NCBI GenBank assembly: GCA_034422315.1
Contig: DAOUJT010000039.1
Span: 1,488-65,487, forward strand
DNA from: Chloroflexota bacterium
GTDB taxonomy: Bacteria > Chloroflexota > UBA11872
Direction of reading: 5' to 3'
DNA length: 64,000 nucleotides
The notes beneath the pieces are model-generated. The model saw nothing but the letters and a program-made list of their open reading frames with translations. It searched no databases and was not told the origin of the DNA. The stretch's first letter is position 1. Each line of letters begins with the position of its first letter. The translations under genes and the position numbers were made by a program. Positions 37,500-47,845 of this stretch are shown here, piece by piece.

Positions 37500-38618
37500 C
37501 TACTCGTTGAACGACGGAAAGTAGTCTGGAATCGTCTCGGCGTCGTACCCGGCCGCCGGGTACTCGTACTCGTTCCCCTCGTAGTTCCGCACCACGATCT
37601 TGTCGTCCGTGAGTTCCACGATTCGCGACGGCGAAACCGGAATCTTCCCGCCGCCGCCCGGCGCGTCGATGATGTACTGCGGCACGCCAAACCCGGTTGT
37701 GTGCCCTTGCAGGGCCTCCATGATCTCCAGGCCCTTCTGCACCGAGGTCCGGAAGTGGTCGGTGCCCTTCACCAGGTCGGCCTGGTAGATGTAGTACGGC
37801 TTCACCCGCGCCTTCAGCAACTCGTGCATCAACTGTTTCATCGTCTCGGGATCGTCGTTCACGCCTCGCAGCAGCACCGTCTGGCAGCCAACCGGAATGC
37901 CGTGATCCACCAGGCGTCCGCAGGCCTCACGAGCCTCGGGCGTGAGCTCACGCGGATGGTTGAAGTGCGTGTTCAGGTAGAACGGCTGGTACCGCGCCAG
38001 CATTTCGCACAGCTCGTTGGTGATTCGGGCCGGGTTGACGCACGGAATCTTGGTCCCCATGCGGATCAAGTCGACATGCGGAATTTCGTAGAGGTTCGAG
38101 ATGATCCACTCCAGCGCGTTGTCGGTCAGTGTCAGCGGATCGCCGCCGCTCAGCAGCACGTCCCGGATCTCGGGATGCGCTCGGATGTAGTCAAACACCG
38201 CTTCCAATTCGTCCGGCGGCGGGACCGGATTCTTGCCCACCTTTCGCTTGCGTGTGCAGAACCGGCAGTACATGGCGCAGGTGTGCGTGACGACAAAGAG
38301 CACCCGGTCCGGGTACCGGTGGGTGAGATGCTTCACCGGCATGTCGTCTTCTTCGTCCAGCGGATCGTCTTCCAGGAATTCGGAGTCCTCGAACTCCACG
38401 GCATCCGGCATCTGCTGGATGTAGATGGGATCGCTGGCGTCCATCTCCTCGATCAGACTCAGGTAGTACGGCGTCGTGAAGAACGGGTACTCCTTCGCCA
38501 CGGCCTCCAGCCGCTCGTACTGCTCTTCGGTCAGGCCGGGAATCGACCGTACGTCGCGCACGCCCTGCGCAAGCTGTTCCTGCCATTCGGCGCGTGGACG
38601 GCGGACCTTTGGCGGCAT
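37500..38618 (-). CDS. KamA-family radical SAM aminomutase
   Basis: HRYPDRVL, CAMYCRFC, LLSGGDPL, THFNHPRE, QTVLLRGVND, DAPGGGGKIP. Confidence 0.95.
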   Translation of the reverse strand: MPPKVRRPRAEWQEQLAQGVRDVRSIPGLTEEQYERLEAVAKEYPFFTTPYYLSLIEEMDASDPIYIQQMPDAVEFEDSEFLEDDPLDEEDDMPVKHLTHRYPDRVLFVVTHTCAMYCRFCTRKRKVGKNPVPPPDELEAVFDYIRAHPEIRDVLLSGGDPLTLTDNALEWIISNLYEIPHVDLIRMGTKIPCVNPARITNELCEMLARYQPFYLNTHFNHPRELTPEAREACGRLVDHGIPVGCQTVLLRGVNDDPETMKQLMHELLKARVKPYYIYQADLVKGTDHFRTSVQKGLEIMEALQGHTTGFGVPQYIIDAPGGGGKIPVSPSRIVELTDDKIVVRNYEGNEYEYPAAGYDAETIPDYFPSFNE

Positions 38619-38881
38619 TGGTTGCTGTAACCCTCCGAAACACGCCCGCCCGTCTCGGCGAGACGCCATATCTAGCCGCCCCAAGCCTACGAAATACCGC
38701 GCGCCCCGTCGGCTCGCCGAGGGTTTTCGCTGAAAAACCGGCATAAACTTGGCCGCGCGTAGCCGCGATGCTACGTTTGGAAGAGCAGTTGGGCCCGGCC
38801 AGGAGCCCAACGCGAACCACTCATCGACCCGCCAGGATTGTGTTTCTTGGCGACCATCGCCGGGAGACACATAGCCTGCGA

Positions 38882-39655
<774 letters not shown>

Positions 39656-39657
39656 CC

Positions 39658-41064
39658 ATGGCAGTCAAGGACATCGAACAAGTCGGGCTCGACACCTATA
39701 AGTTCGGGTTTCACGACGACATCCAGCCCGTCTACACCTCACCCAAGGGCCTGAGCGAGGACGTCGTCCGGGAAATCTCGCGCCAGAAGGACGAGCCGGC
39801 CTGGATGCTGGAATTCCGGCTGGAGGCGCTGCGCCAGTTTGAGCAGAAGGCAATGCCGACGTGGGGCGCCGACCTCTCGCGCATCGACTTTGACGACATC
39901 CACTACTACATCCGCCCGCAGGACCGGCAGGCCCGCTCGTGGGACGACGTGCCGGAGGACATCAAGTCCACCTTCGACAAGCTGGGGATCCCCGAGGCCG
40001 AGCGAAAGTTCCTGGCCGGCGTCGGCGCCCAGTACGACTCCGAAGTCGTCTACCACAGCATCCGCGACGACCTGGAAGAGCAGGGCGTGATCTTCCTGGA
40101 CATGGACTCCGGCCTGCGCGAGCACGAGGACATCGTGCGCGACTACTTTGGCACGGTGATTCCCAACGGCGACAACAAGTTCGCGGCGCTGAACAGCGCG
40201 GTCTGGAGCGGCGGCAGCTTCGTCTACGTGCCCGAAGGCGTGCGCGTGGAGATTCCGCTGCAGGCCTACTTCCGCATCAACGCCGAAAACATGGGCCAGT
40301 TCGAGCGCACGCTCATCATCGTCGAGCCGGGCGCTTACGTGCACTACGTTGAGGGCTGCACCGCCCCGGTCTACGCCACCGACTCGCTGCATTCCGCCGT
40401 CGTCGAGATCATCGTCAAGGAAGGCGGGCGCTGCCGCTACACCACCATTCAGAACTGGTCGACCGATGTCTTCAACCTGGTCACCAAGCGCGCCGTCGCG
40501 TACCGCGACGCCACCATGGAGTGGGTGGACGGCAACCTGGGCAGCAAGGTCACGATGAAGTACCCGGCCGTCTACCTGATGGAACCCGGTGCGCACGGCG
40601 AGGTGCTGTCCATCGCCTTCGCCGGCGAAGATCAGCATCAGGACGCCGGAGCCAAGATGGTGCACGCCGCTCCCGACACCTCGTCCCTCATCACCTCCAA
40701 GTCGATCAGCCGCAAGGGCGGTCGCACCGCCTACCGCGGCTATGTGCAGGTGATGCCCGAGGCCGAGCGCTGCCGCTCCAACGTGGAATGTGACGCCCTT
40801 CTGATCGATGACCGCTCACGCTCCGACACGTATCCCTACATGGACATCGAGGAAAGCGACGTCGCCATTCAGCACGAGGCCACCGTCAGCAAGGTCAGCG
40901 ATCAGCAGCTGTTCTATCTGATGAGCCGCGGACTGACCCAGGAACAGGCCATGGCGATGGTCGTCAGCGGGTTTATCGAGCCAATCGTCAAGGAGTTGCC
41001 GATGGAATACGCGGTTGAGATGAACCGCCTCATCGAACTCCAGATGGAAGGCTCGATCGGCTAG
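39658..41064 (+). CDS. sufB: Fe-S cluster assembly protein SufB
   Basis: [39 protein letters not shown]. Confidence 0.98.
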   Translation: MAVKDIEQVGLDTYKFGFHDDIQPVYTSPKGLSEDVVREISRQKDEPAWMLEFRLEALRQFEQKAMPTWGADLSRIDFDDIHYYIRPQDRQARSWDDVPEDIKSTFDKLGIPEAERKFLAGVGAQYDSEVVYHSIRDDLEEQGVIFLDMDSGLREHEDIVRDYFGTVIPNGDNKFAALNSAVWSGGSFVYVPEGVRVEIPLQAYFRINAENMGQFERTLIIVEPGAYVHYVEGCTAPVYATDSLHSAVVEIIVKEGGRCRYTTIQNWSTDVFNLVTKRAVAYRDATMEWVDGNLGSKVTMKYPAVYLMEPGAHGEVLSIAFAGEDQHQDAGAKMVHAAPDTSSLITSKSISRKGGRTAYRGYVQVMPEAERCRSNVECDALLIDDRSRSDTYPYMDIEESDVAIQHEATVSKVSDQQLFYLMSRGLTQEQAMAMVVSGFIEPIVKELPMEYAVEMNRLIELQMEGSIG

Positions 41065-41138
41065 CGTTACTGACCAAACCTTGCCGACACACCCAAGCAC
41101 GGGCCGTCCCGACGGCTGATACCGTCTCGCGTACGTCA

Positions 41139-42431
41139 ATGACAAGCACAACCCACGACCTGATTGCCGACCTGTCAAACTCGCGCGGCGAGCCTGGCTG
41201 GCTGCGCGAACGACGCGCCGCCGCCTGGCACGTCTACGAGTCGACCCCCGTCCCAACCTGGAGCGACGAGGAGTGGCGGCGCACGGACACGAGTTGGGTC
41301 GACTGGGCCGGCGCGGTCCCGGCCACGAATGGGGTCGAACCGGCCAAGCTTGCCCTGCCTGTCGAAGTCCCAGGCGCCAGCGTGTTGCTACGACAGCGCG
41401 GAAGCATGGTCGAGGTGCTGTACACCTCGCCGGAAGCCCAAGACGCGGGCGTAACTGTCGTCAGCCTGGCGGCGGCGGCGGACACGGACGGCGCCGCGGT
41501 AGCTGACCGTCTGGGCACAGAACTTGCGCCACCGTCAGCCGGGAAATTGCAGGCGATGAATGCCGCGCTGTGGAGCGGCGGAGCGTTCGTGCGCGTTCCG
41601 GATGGGGCCGAGTTGACCGCGCCGATCGTGATCGTGATTGACGCCGCCGACCAACCGATCTTTCCGCGCACGCTGGTTTCCACGGGCGCCGGATCGTCGG
41701 CTGACGTGCTGGAGTGGTGGCGTTCGAGTCAGGCGGCAACACCAGGCTTTGCGAATGGCTGTGTGGAACTGTTCGTCGGGGCCGGCTCGAAGCTCAGCTA
41801 CACGCACGTGCAGGCCTGGGGCAGTCACGCGGGCAGCTTTCTCACGCAGTACGCAAGCGTCGCGCGCGACGCCGAACTGGCGACAACCAACGTGACGCTC
41901 GGGGGACGCTTCCACAAGGGAGCCATAGCCGCCACGTTGACCGGTCCGGGCGCCAACGTGCGGTTGAACGGCGTGGCCTACCTGGACGGATCGCAATTCG
42001 CGGACCATCACACGCTCCAGGACCACCGAACCACGGATGCGGCCAGCGACCTGCTATACGTGAACGTTCTCGACGGCTCGGCGCGGTCGGTTTACGCCGG
42101 AACCATCATGGTTCAACCGCACGCGCAACGATCCAACGCCTATCAGCAAAACCGGAACCTGATGCTGCAACGTGGTCCCCGCGCCGACTCGATACCCAGG
42201 CTCGAGATCATGGCGGACGACGTTCGCTGTACCCACGGCTCCACCACGTCCACCATCGACCCGATGCACCTCTACTACCTCGGATCGCGCGGCCTCGGCA
42301 TTGAGCAGGCTCGCTCCCTCATCGTGGACGGAACCTTCGAACCGGTGCTGGACCGGATTCCGGACCCGACCGTCCGGTCTGCCGTGCGGACCGCTGTCCG
42401 GGCGAAGTTGCACGGAACCGCCGCGGCCTGA
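41139..42431 (+). CDS. sufD: Fe-S cluster assembly protein SufD
   Basis: EEWRRTD, AYQQNRNL, ADSIPRLEIMADDVRCTHG, YYLGSRG. Confidence 0.93.
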   Translation: MTSTTHDLIADLSNSRGEPGWLRERRAAAWHVYESTPVPTWSDEEWRRTDTSWVDWAGAVPATNGVEPAKLALPVEVPGASVLLRQRGSMVEVLYTSPEAQDAGVTVVSLAAAADTDGAAVADRLGTELAPPSAGKLQAMNAALWSGGAFVRVPDGAELTAPIVIVIDAADQPIFPRTLVSTGAGSSADVLEWWRSSQAATPGFANGCVELFVGAGSKLSYTHVQAWGSHAGSFLTQYASVARDAELATTNVTLGGRFHKGAIAATLTGPGANVRLNGVAYLDGSQFADHHTLQDHRTTDAASDLLYVNVLDGSARSVYAGTIMVQPHAQRSNAYQQNRNLMLQRGPRADSIPRLEIMADDVRCTHGSTTSTIDPMHLYYLGSRGLGIEQARSLIVDGTFEPVLDRIPDPTVRSAVRTAVRAKLHGTAAA

Positions 42432-42751
42432 TGGGCGGTTACGTCGACGTGGCAGCCGCCGAGGACATTCCGCCCGGCGCCGCGCGTCAAGTGCTGGTGG
42501 GTGAGCGACGGATCGGCGTGTACAACGTGAGCGGCGATCTCTACGCGATGGACGACTTGTGCAGTCACGACCAGGCCTGGCTGTCGGAAGGCGACTTTGA
42601 CCCTGAGCGCCGTTCGGTTCGTTGCCCGCGGCACACGTCGACATTCGACTTGACCAGCGGACGTCCGCGGACGCTGCCCGCCATTCGGCCGGTCGCGACC
42701 TACGACGCGAAGTTTGAGGCTGGGCGCGTGCTGATTCTTATCGATACTTAG
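42431..42751 (+). CDS. Rieske-type [2Fe-2S] ferredoxin
   Basis: DDLCSH ... CPRH ... FDLTSG. Confidence 0.93.
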   Translation: MGGYVDVAAAEDIPPGAARQVLVGERRIGVYNVSGDLYAMDDLCSHDQAWLSEGDFDPERRSVRCPRHTSTFDLTSGRPRTLPAIRPVATYDAKFEAGRVLILIDT

Positions 42752-42756
42752 GGCAC

Positions 42757-44007
42757 ATGACTGTCCCGACTTCCGCTGCCGCTGGACTGGACGCCGCTGC
42801 AATCCGGGCGGACTTTCCGGTCTTGGCCGAACGAGTACACGAGCGACCGCTCGTCTATCTGGACAACGCCGCCACGTCGCAGAAGCCGCGAGCCGTCATC
42901 GACGCCCTCCAGACCTATTACGAGACCTATAACGCCAACATTCACCGCGGCCTGCACGCGCTCAGCGAACGAGCCACGGCCGAATACGAGGACGCGCGGG
43001 CGCGCGTGGCGCGCTTTATCAACGCCGCGCATCCCCACGAAGTGATCTTCACGCGCGGAACCACCGAAGCGATCAACCTGGTGGCCCGCGGCTGGGGCGA
43101 TGAGAACGTCGGCGAGGACGACGAGATCCTGCTGACCGAGATGGAACATCACAGCAATCTCGTCCCCTGGCAGATGCTGGCAAAGCGACGCGGCGCCTCG
43201 CTGCGGTACATCCCGATGGACGTCGAGGGCCGCATTGACCTGGAGGCCTACGCACGAATGTTCGGGCCGCGCACTCGTCTGGTCGCGGTCACGCACATGT
43301 CCAACGTGCTCGGCACCATTACGCCCGCCGCCGAGCTCATTCAGATCGCCCACCAGCACGATGTGCCGGTACTGCTGGACGCCGCGCAATCGATTCCGCA
43401 CCTTCCGGTCGACGTGCAGGCGCTGGACGCGGACTTCGTGGCGTTTTCAGGCCACAAGATGCTGGGCCCGACCGGAATCGGCGTCCTCTACGGTCGGGAA
43501 GCGCTGCTGGACGCCATGGAGCCGCTCTTCGGCGGCGGCAGCATGATCCGCGTCGTGGAGTTGCACCAGTCAAGTTGGACTACGGTTCCGGAGAAGTTGG
43601 AGGGCGGCACGCCAAACATCGCCGGCGCGATTGGCCTCGGCGCGGCCGTTGACTACTTGCAGACCGTCGGCATGCCGGCGGTGACGGCCCACGAGCATGA
43701 GCTGACCGAGTACGCGCTGAGCCTCCTGAGCGATCTCGATGGTGTGCGCCTCTTCGGCCCGAGGGACGCAACGGATCGCGGCGGCGTGATCTCGTTCTAT
43801 GTTGGCGATGTGCATCCGCATGACGTCGGCACATTGCTTGACGCCGAAGGCATTGCCGTTCGGGCGGGACACCACTGCGCTCAGCCCTTGATGCGCAAGC
43901 TGGGAGTCGCGGCAACCGCGCGGGCCAGCCTGTACCTCTACAACACCGCCGCTGAAGTAGATTGTCTGGCCGATGGCATCGCCCGCGCGAAGGCGTTCTT
44001 TGGATGA
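42757..44007 (+). CDS. sufS: Cysteine desulfurase SufS
   Basis: YLDNAATSQKP, SGHKMLGPTG, RAGHHCAQP. Confidence 0.97.
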   Translation: MTVPTSAAAGLDAAAIRADFPVLAERVHERPLVYLDNAATSQKPRAVIDALQTYYETYNANIHRGLHALSERATAEYEDARARVARFINAAHPHEVIFTRGTTEAINLVARGWGDENVGEDDEILLTEMEHHSNLVPWQMLAKRRGASLRYIPMDVEGRIDLEAYARMFGPRTRLVAVTHMSNVLGTITPAAELIQIAHQHDVPVLLDAAQSIPHLPVDVQALDADFVAFSGHKMLGPTGIGVLYGREALLDAMEPLFGGGSMIRVVELHQSSWTTVPEKLEGGTPNIAGAIGLGAAVDYLQTVGMPAVTAHEHELTEYALSLLSDLDGVRLFGPRDATDRGGVISFYVGDVHPHDVGTLLDAEGIAVRAGHHCAQPLMRKLGVAATARASLYLYNTAAEVDCLADGIARAKAFFG

Positions 44008-44474
44008 CGCTTGAGGACCTCTATCGCGAGGTCATCATGGATCACTACCGGCGGCCGCGGAACCGGGGCGCGCTCGCCGAAGCCAATGTCGTCATGGAAG
44101 GCGTCAACCCGCTCTGCGGCGACGAAATCAAGCTCTGGCTGAGCATCGATGACGCCGGGGTGATTACCGGCGCGTCGTTTGACGGTCATGGCTGCTCGAT
44201 CAGCCTGTCGTCCGCGTCGATCATGACGGAAGCGATAGTCGGCAAGCCGCTCGCTGACGCCCATGCCGTGATTGGCGGCTTCCGCGGCATGATGCTGGAG
44301 GGCGAAACTCCTGACGAAATGCTGCTTGGCGACGGCGTTGCCCTGGAGGGCGTTCGCAAGTTCCCGGTACGCATCAAGTGTGCCGTGCTGAGTTGGAACA
44401 CCCTGAGACTTGGCCTGGACGAGCACGCCGCCGCCGGCGGCCAACGCGTGGAGTTGCAACACAGCGAAACGTAG
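44004..44474 (+). CDS. sufU: SUF system NifU-family scaffold/sulfur-transfer protein SufU
   Basis: LYREVIMDHY, NPLCGD, GCSIS, RIKCA. Confidence 0.95.
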   Translation: MTLEDLYREVIMDHYRRPRNRGALAEANVVMEGVNPLCGDEIKLWLSIDDAGVITGASFDGHGCSISLSSASIMTEAIVGKPLADAHAVIGGFRGMMLEGETPDEMLLGDGVALEGVRKFPVRIKCAVLSWNTLRLGLDEHAAAGGQRVELQHSET

Positions 44475-44712
44475 GCCGGCCTGGCCAATGTGCGACTGGC
44501 CGTGGCGGTCCAAGGTGGGCGCGTGGCTTCGCGTCCGCGATTCACAACCCGGCGCGACTCCGTGTCGCCGTGCCCAGGGTCACAGCCGCACCCCGCGGCC
44601 GACCTCGAGAGCCCGGCGGCCCGATTAGACTCTCGGCATTGCCGCGCCCCGGAGCGACCGTCGAACGTTGCCGCCGCTGATCGGTTCGCTCCTTCGTCCG
44701 CGCCTTCACGCC

Positions 44713-45909
44713 ATGCGGACGAACCCCGACTTGCTGGCGCTGTGGTTTGCCTACGCCCTGATGCTCTTTTCCATGGCGGCCATGGGGCCGGTACTGGGGG
44801 AGGTCAAGGACGAATTCAATCTCACCCCCGCGACCACGGCGCTGCTGGTGGCGGTGCAGGGCATGGGACGCGGGGGATTCATGCTGGTGCTGGCGCCCCT
44901 GGCCGACCGCATGTCGCCCCGCCTTCTGCTGCCGCTGGGCTTGCTGATCACCGGCCTGGCCTCCATTGTCACGGCCGCGGCGCCGAGCGAGTGGATCTTT
45001 GGTGTGGGCATCGTGGCCAGTGCCGCCGGAAGTGGGCTGGTCGGCCCGGGCGGTCAGGTCCACCTGGCGCGCCGCGGCCAGGGCGAAGAGCGGCGCCGCA
45101 ACATAGCCCGGGTCATGTCCGGCGGCATGTTCGGCGCCTTTGTGGCGCCTATCGCCGCCGGCGGCGCCGCCAGTCTCCTGGGCTGGCGCGCGGCGTTTGT
45201 GCTGGTAGCCGTCCTCTCGATCGCCATCGCCGCCGCCGTCGCGTCCGTCAGGTCGCTCGAGTCCAGGCCGCGCCCGCTGCCTGCGCCCGACGGACCGGCC
45301 AGGCCGCGATCCAGGCGGCCGGCGCTCGGCGTTGGCCGGGTCGTGCTGGAGGTCTCGGTTCTGGCTGTCCTGCTCTGGGGATGGAACAACACCACTCGCG
45401 GCTTCGTACTCCCCTTCTACGGCAGCGAAGCCCTGAAGCTGGATCCTGGCGGCATTGGCATTCTGATGGGGTTGGCGCTCGGCGGGCGGGCCGCCCTCAC
45501 CTACGTCAGCGGCGCCTTCATCAATCGGGTCGGCCTCTCGTCGTCGCTGCTGATCGCCACGATCATCGGGGCGGGCGGCACCCTGGTGATGTACGCCCCC
45601 GCCGGACTTCCGGTGTTCGTGGGGCTGGTGGTCGCCTATACCTTGACCGGAATCAGCTCGCCGATCGTCATCATGATGCTCAGCGAGCGAGCGCCGCCGC
45701 AGCGCCTGGGCCAGGCGATGGGCGTGACCCAGTTCCTCGTGGACGGCGTTGGGCTGGGATTAACTCCGCTCATTGGGCTGATCGTGGACGCCGCTGGATT
45801 CGGCGTCGTGGGCGCGTTGCTGGCCGCCATTTCCCTTGCCGCCGGCGCCTGGGGCGTCTGGATCATGCGGCTCGGCGAGAACGAGGCTTCGCGCACTCCA
45901 CAGGGCTAA
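44713..45909 (+). CDS. MFS transporter
   Basis: About 12 hydrophobic segments, LADRMSPR and INRVGL motif-A loops; ATG at 44713 preferred. Confidence 0.88.
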   Translation: MRTNPDLLALWFAYALMLFSMAAMGPVLGEVKDEFNLTPATTALLVAVQGMGRGGFMLVLAPLADRMSPRLLLPLGLLITGLASIVTAAAPSEWIFGVGIVASAAGSGLVGPGGQVHLARRGQGEERRRNIARVMSGGMFGAFVAPIAAGGAASLLGWRAAFVLVAVLSIAIAAAVASVRSLESRPRPLPAPDGPARPRSRRPALGVGRVVLEVSVLAVLLWGWNNTTRGFVLPFYGSEALKLDPGGIGILMGLALGGRAALTYVSGAFINRVGLSSSLLIATIIGAGGTLVMYAPAGLPVFVGLVVAYTLTGISSPIVIMMLSERAPPQRLGQAMGVTQFLVDGVGLGLTPLIGLIVDAAGFGVVGALLAAISLAAGAWGVWIMRLGENEASRTPQG

Positions 45910-45921
45910 GCCTCTCCGAGG

Positions 45922-46704
45922 CTAGTCCTCCACGAACTCGATCCGCTGCCGCAATTCGGGAATGTCGATGTCCAGTTCGCCTTCCGCCAGCTCCAGGCGC
46001 CCGTCCTCCATCAACCATGACTCGTCGGCGAACTGGCTCAGCGCCGGATCATGGGTGGCCATGATGACCGTCAGCCCCTCCGTATCCACGATGCGACGGA
46101 ACAGCAACATGATCTCCAGTCCCGTAATGCTGTCGAGTTCGCCTGTTGGCTCGTCCGCAATCAGCACGGCCGGACGGTTCGCAATGGAGCGGGCGATCGA
46201 GACGCGCTGCTGTTCACCACCGCTGAGTTCGAATGGCCGATGGCCAGCACGGTCGCCCAGACCCACCATTTCCAGCACTTCCATGGTTCGGGACGCTCGC
46301 TCGCCTGCCGAGCGGCCCGCAATGCGCATGGTGAGTTCGACGTTTTCGAATGCCGACAGCACCGGCAACAACGCGAACGACTGAAAGACGAACCCAAAGT
46401 TGTGGCGACGGATCTTCGTGAGTTGGGACTCACGCAAGCGACTCACCTGGCGGCCCCGGAAGTAAATCTCGCCTTCGTCGGGCTTGTCGAGCGAGCCCAA
46501 CTGGTTGAGCAACGTCGTCTTACCTGAACCGGATCGTCCGCGGACCGTGATCAAGCGGCCTTCGTGAGCCACGCACGACACATGGTCAACAGCCCGGATC
46601 TCCTCCGCGCCAACCCGAAAGACGCGGGAAATGTCCCGCGCTTCGATAATGGCTTCCCGCTCCCGGGTGTCGGCTGGCGGCCGCGCACCGATGACTTCAG
46701 TCAT
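45922..46704 (-). CDS. ABC ATP-binding protein (LolD/MacB-type)
   Basis: GRSGSGKTT, LSGGEQQR, IADEPTGELD. Confidence 0.95.
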   Translation of the reverse strand: MTEVIGARPPADTREREAIIEARDISRVFRVGAEEIRAVDHVSCVAHEGRLITVRGRSGSGKTTLLNQLGSLDKPDEGEIYFRGRQVSRLRESQLTKIRRHNFGFVFQSFALLPVLSAFENVELTMRIAGRSAGERASRTMEVLEMVGLGDRAGHRPFELSGGEQQRVSIARSIANRPAVLIADEPTGELDSITGLEIMLLFRRIVDTEGLTVIMATHDPALSQFADESWLMEDGRLELAEGELDIDIPELRQRIEFVED

Positions 46705-47845
46705 CGCGCGCGTCTCCGCCCGAGGGCGGCGCAAAGGGCCGATGTTCGTCGGGGACGTCCTGCGGGCGCTTCCGCCTGGAAGGCTCCTGTGCCGGGCGCG
46801 AAGGCTTGGGCGGCACGGGAGTTGGCCGGCGTCGGGCGGGAACTACCGTTTGGGCAAGTTCCACGCGCGCGGGAACCACCGACTGGTCGGCCGGCGGTTC
46901 CTCGGCGTCGGCGTCCGGCGATGCCGCCCGCGACGCGGCAACGGTAGAGATGCCCGACGTGCCGGGTCGAATCACGATGCGGTCGCCTTCAACGTCAACA
47001 ACCGCGCGTCCACGGATGCTCAGTTGGTCCAGCATTTCCTGCGGCACCTGTAAGCGGCCGGTGTCGTCCACGATCACGAACTCGTCGTGCGTGTGGTCGT
47101 CGCCGTCTTCATGAATGCTCACGCGCCGAACAGTCTCCGTGCTGGTGCGGCCGTCGCGAATCGCAACCACCCGGTCAACCTGACGAGCGATATTGCGGTC
47201 ATGGCTGACGATGATGATGGTCAGTCCGCGTTCCCTATTGAGATAGCGCAGGATGTCGTAAATCTGCCCAGCCGTCTGCGTGTCAACCTCGCCGGTCGGC
47301 TCATCGGCCAGCAACAGGTCGGGATCGTTGGCCAGCGAGATTGCGATCGCCACGCGCTGCTGCTGTCCGCCGGAGAGCTGGCTCAGCCGGTGATGCATGC
47401 GGTCCTCGAGCCCGACCGCCCGGAGCAGCGAGCGGGACCGGTCGGAAGCCTTGCGCATGTTCCCGAAGAGCATCGGCAACCGCACGTTCTCGAATGCCGT
47501 CAGGTACGGCACGAGGTTGCGGGAACTCTGCTGCCAGACGAATCCGACGTGATGACGCTTGTAGTCGACGAGGTCGGACTCGGATGCCTGCAGGATGTCG
47601 AGGTCGCCCACCCGGCACTGTCCGGCTGTGGGACGGTCCAGACCGCCGAGCACATTCAGCAGGCTTGACTTCCCGGAACCACTGTTGCCGATGATCGCCA
47701 TCATCTCGCCGCGCTGGACTTCCAGGTCCAGGCCCTGCAACGCGACGACCTCCAGATCCTCGGTCTTATAGATCTTCACCAGGTTGTCGCACACGATGTA
47801 GGGCCGTGCCCCATTGGTGCGGTCGGGAGCCTGCGCGGCGCTCAT
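46697..47845 (-). CDS. ABC ATP-binding protein with a C-terminal AbrB-like domain and a Pro-rich tail
   Basis: [27 protein letters not shown]; DDTGRLQVP AbrB-like segment. Confidence 0.93.
   Translation of the reverse strand: MSAAQAPDRTNGARPYIVCDNLVKIYKTEDLEVVALQGLDLEVQRGEMMAIIGNSGSGKSSLLNVLGGLDRPTAGQCRVGDLDILQASESDLVDYKRHHVGFVWQQSSRNLVPYLTAFENVRLPMLFGNMRKASDRSRSLLRAVGLEDRMHHRLSQLSGGQQQRVAIAISLANDPDLLLADEPTGEVDTQTAGQIYDILRYLNRERGLTIIIVSHDRNIARQVDRVVAIRDGRTSTETVRRVSIHEDGDDHTHDEFVIVDDTGRLQVPQEMLDQLSIRGRAVVDVEGDRIVIRPGTSGISTVAASRAASPDADAEEPPADQSVVPARVELAQTVVPARRRPTPVPPKPSRPAQEPSRRKRPQDVPDEHRPFAPPSGGDARDD

Noticed and set aside
44474-44712. Possible riboswitch or ncRNA between sufU and the MFS gene
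   Set aside because: GC-rich but no recognisable aptamer motif or nested pairing found by eye.
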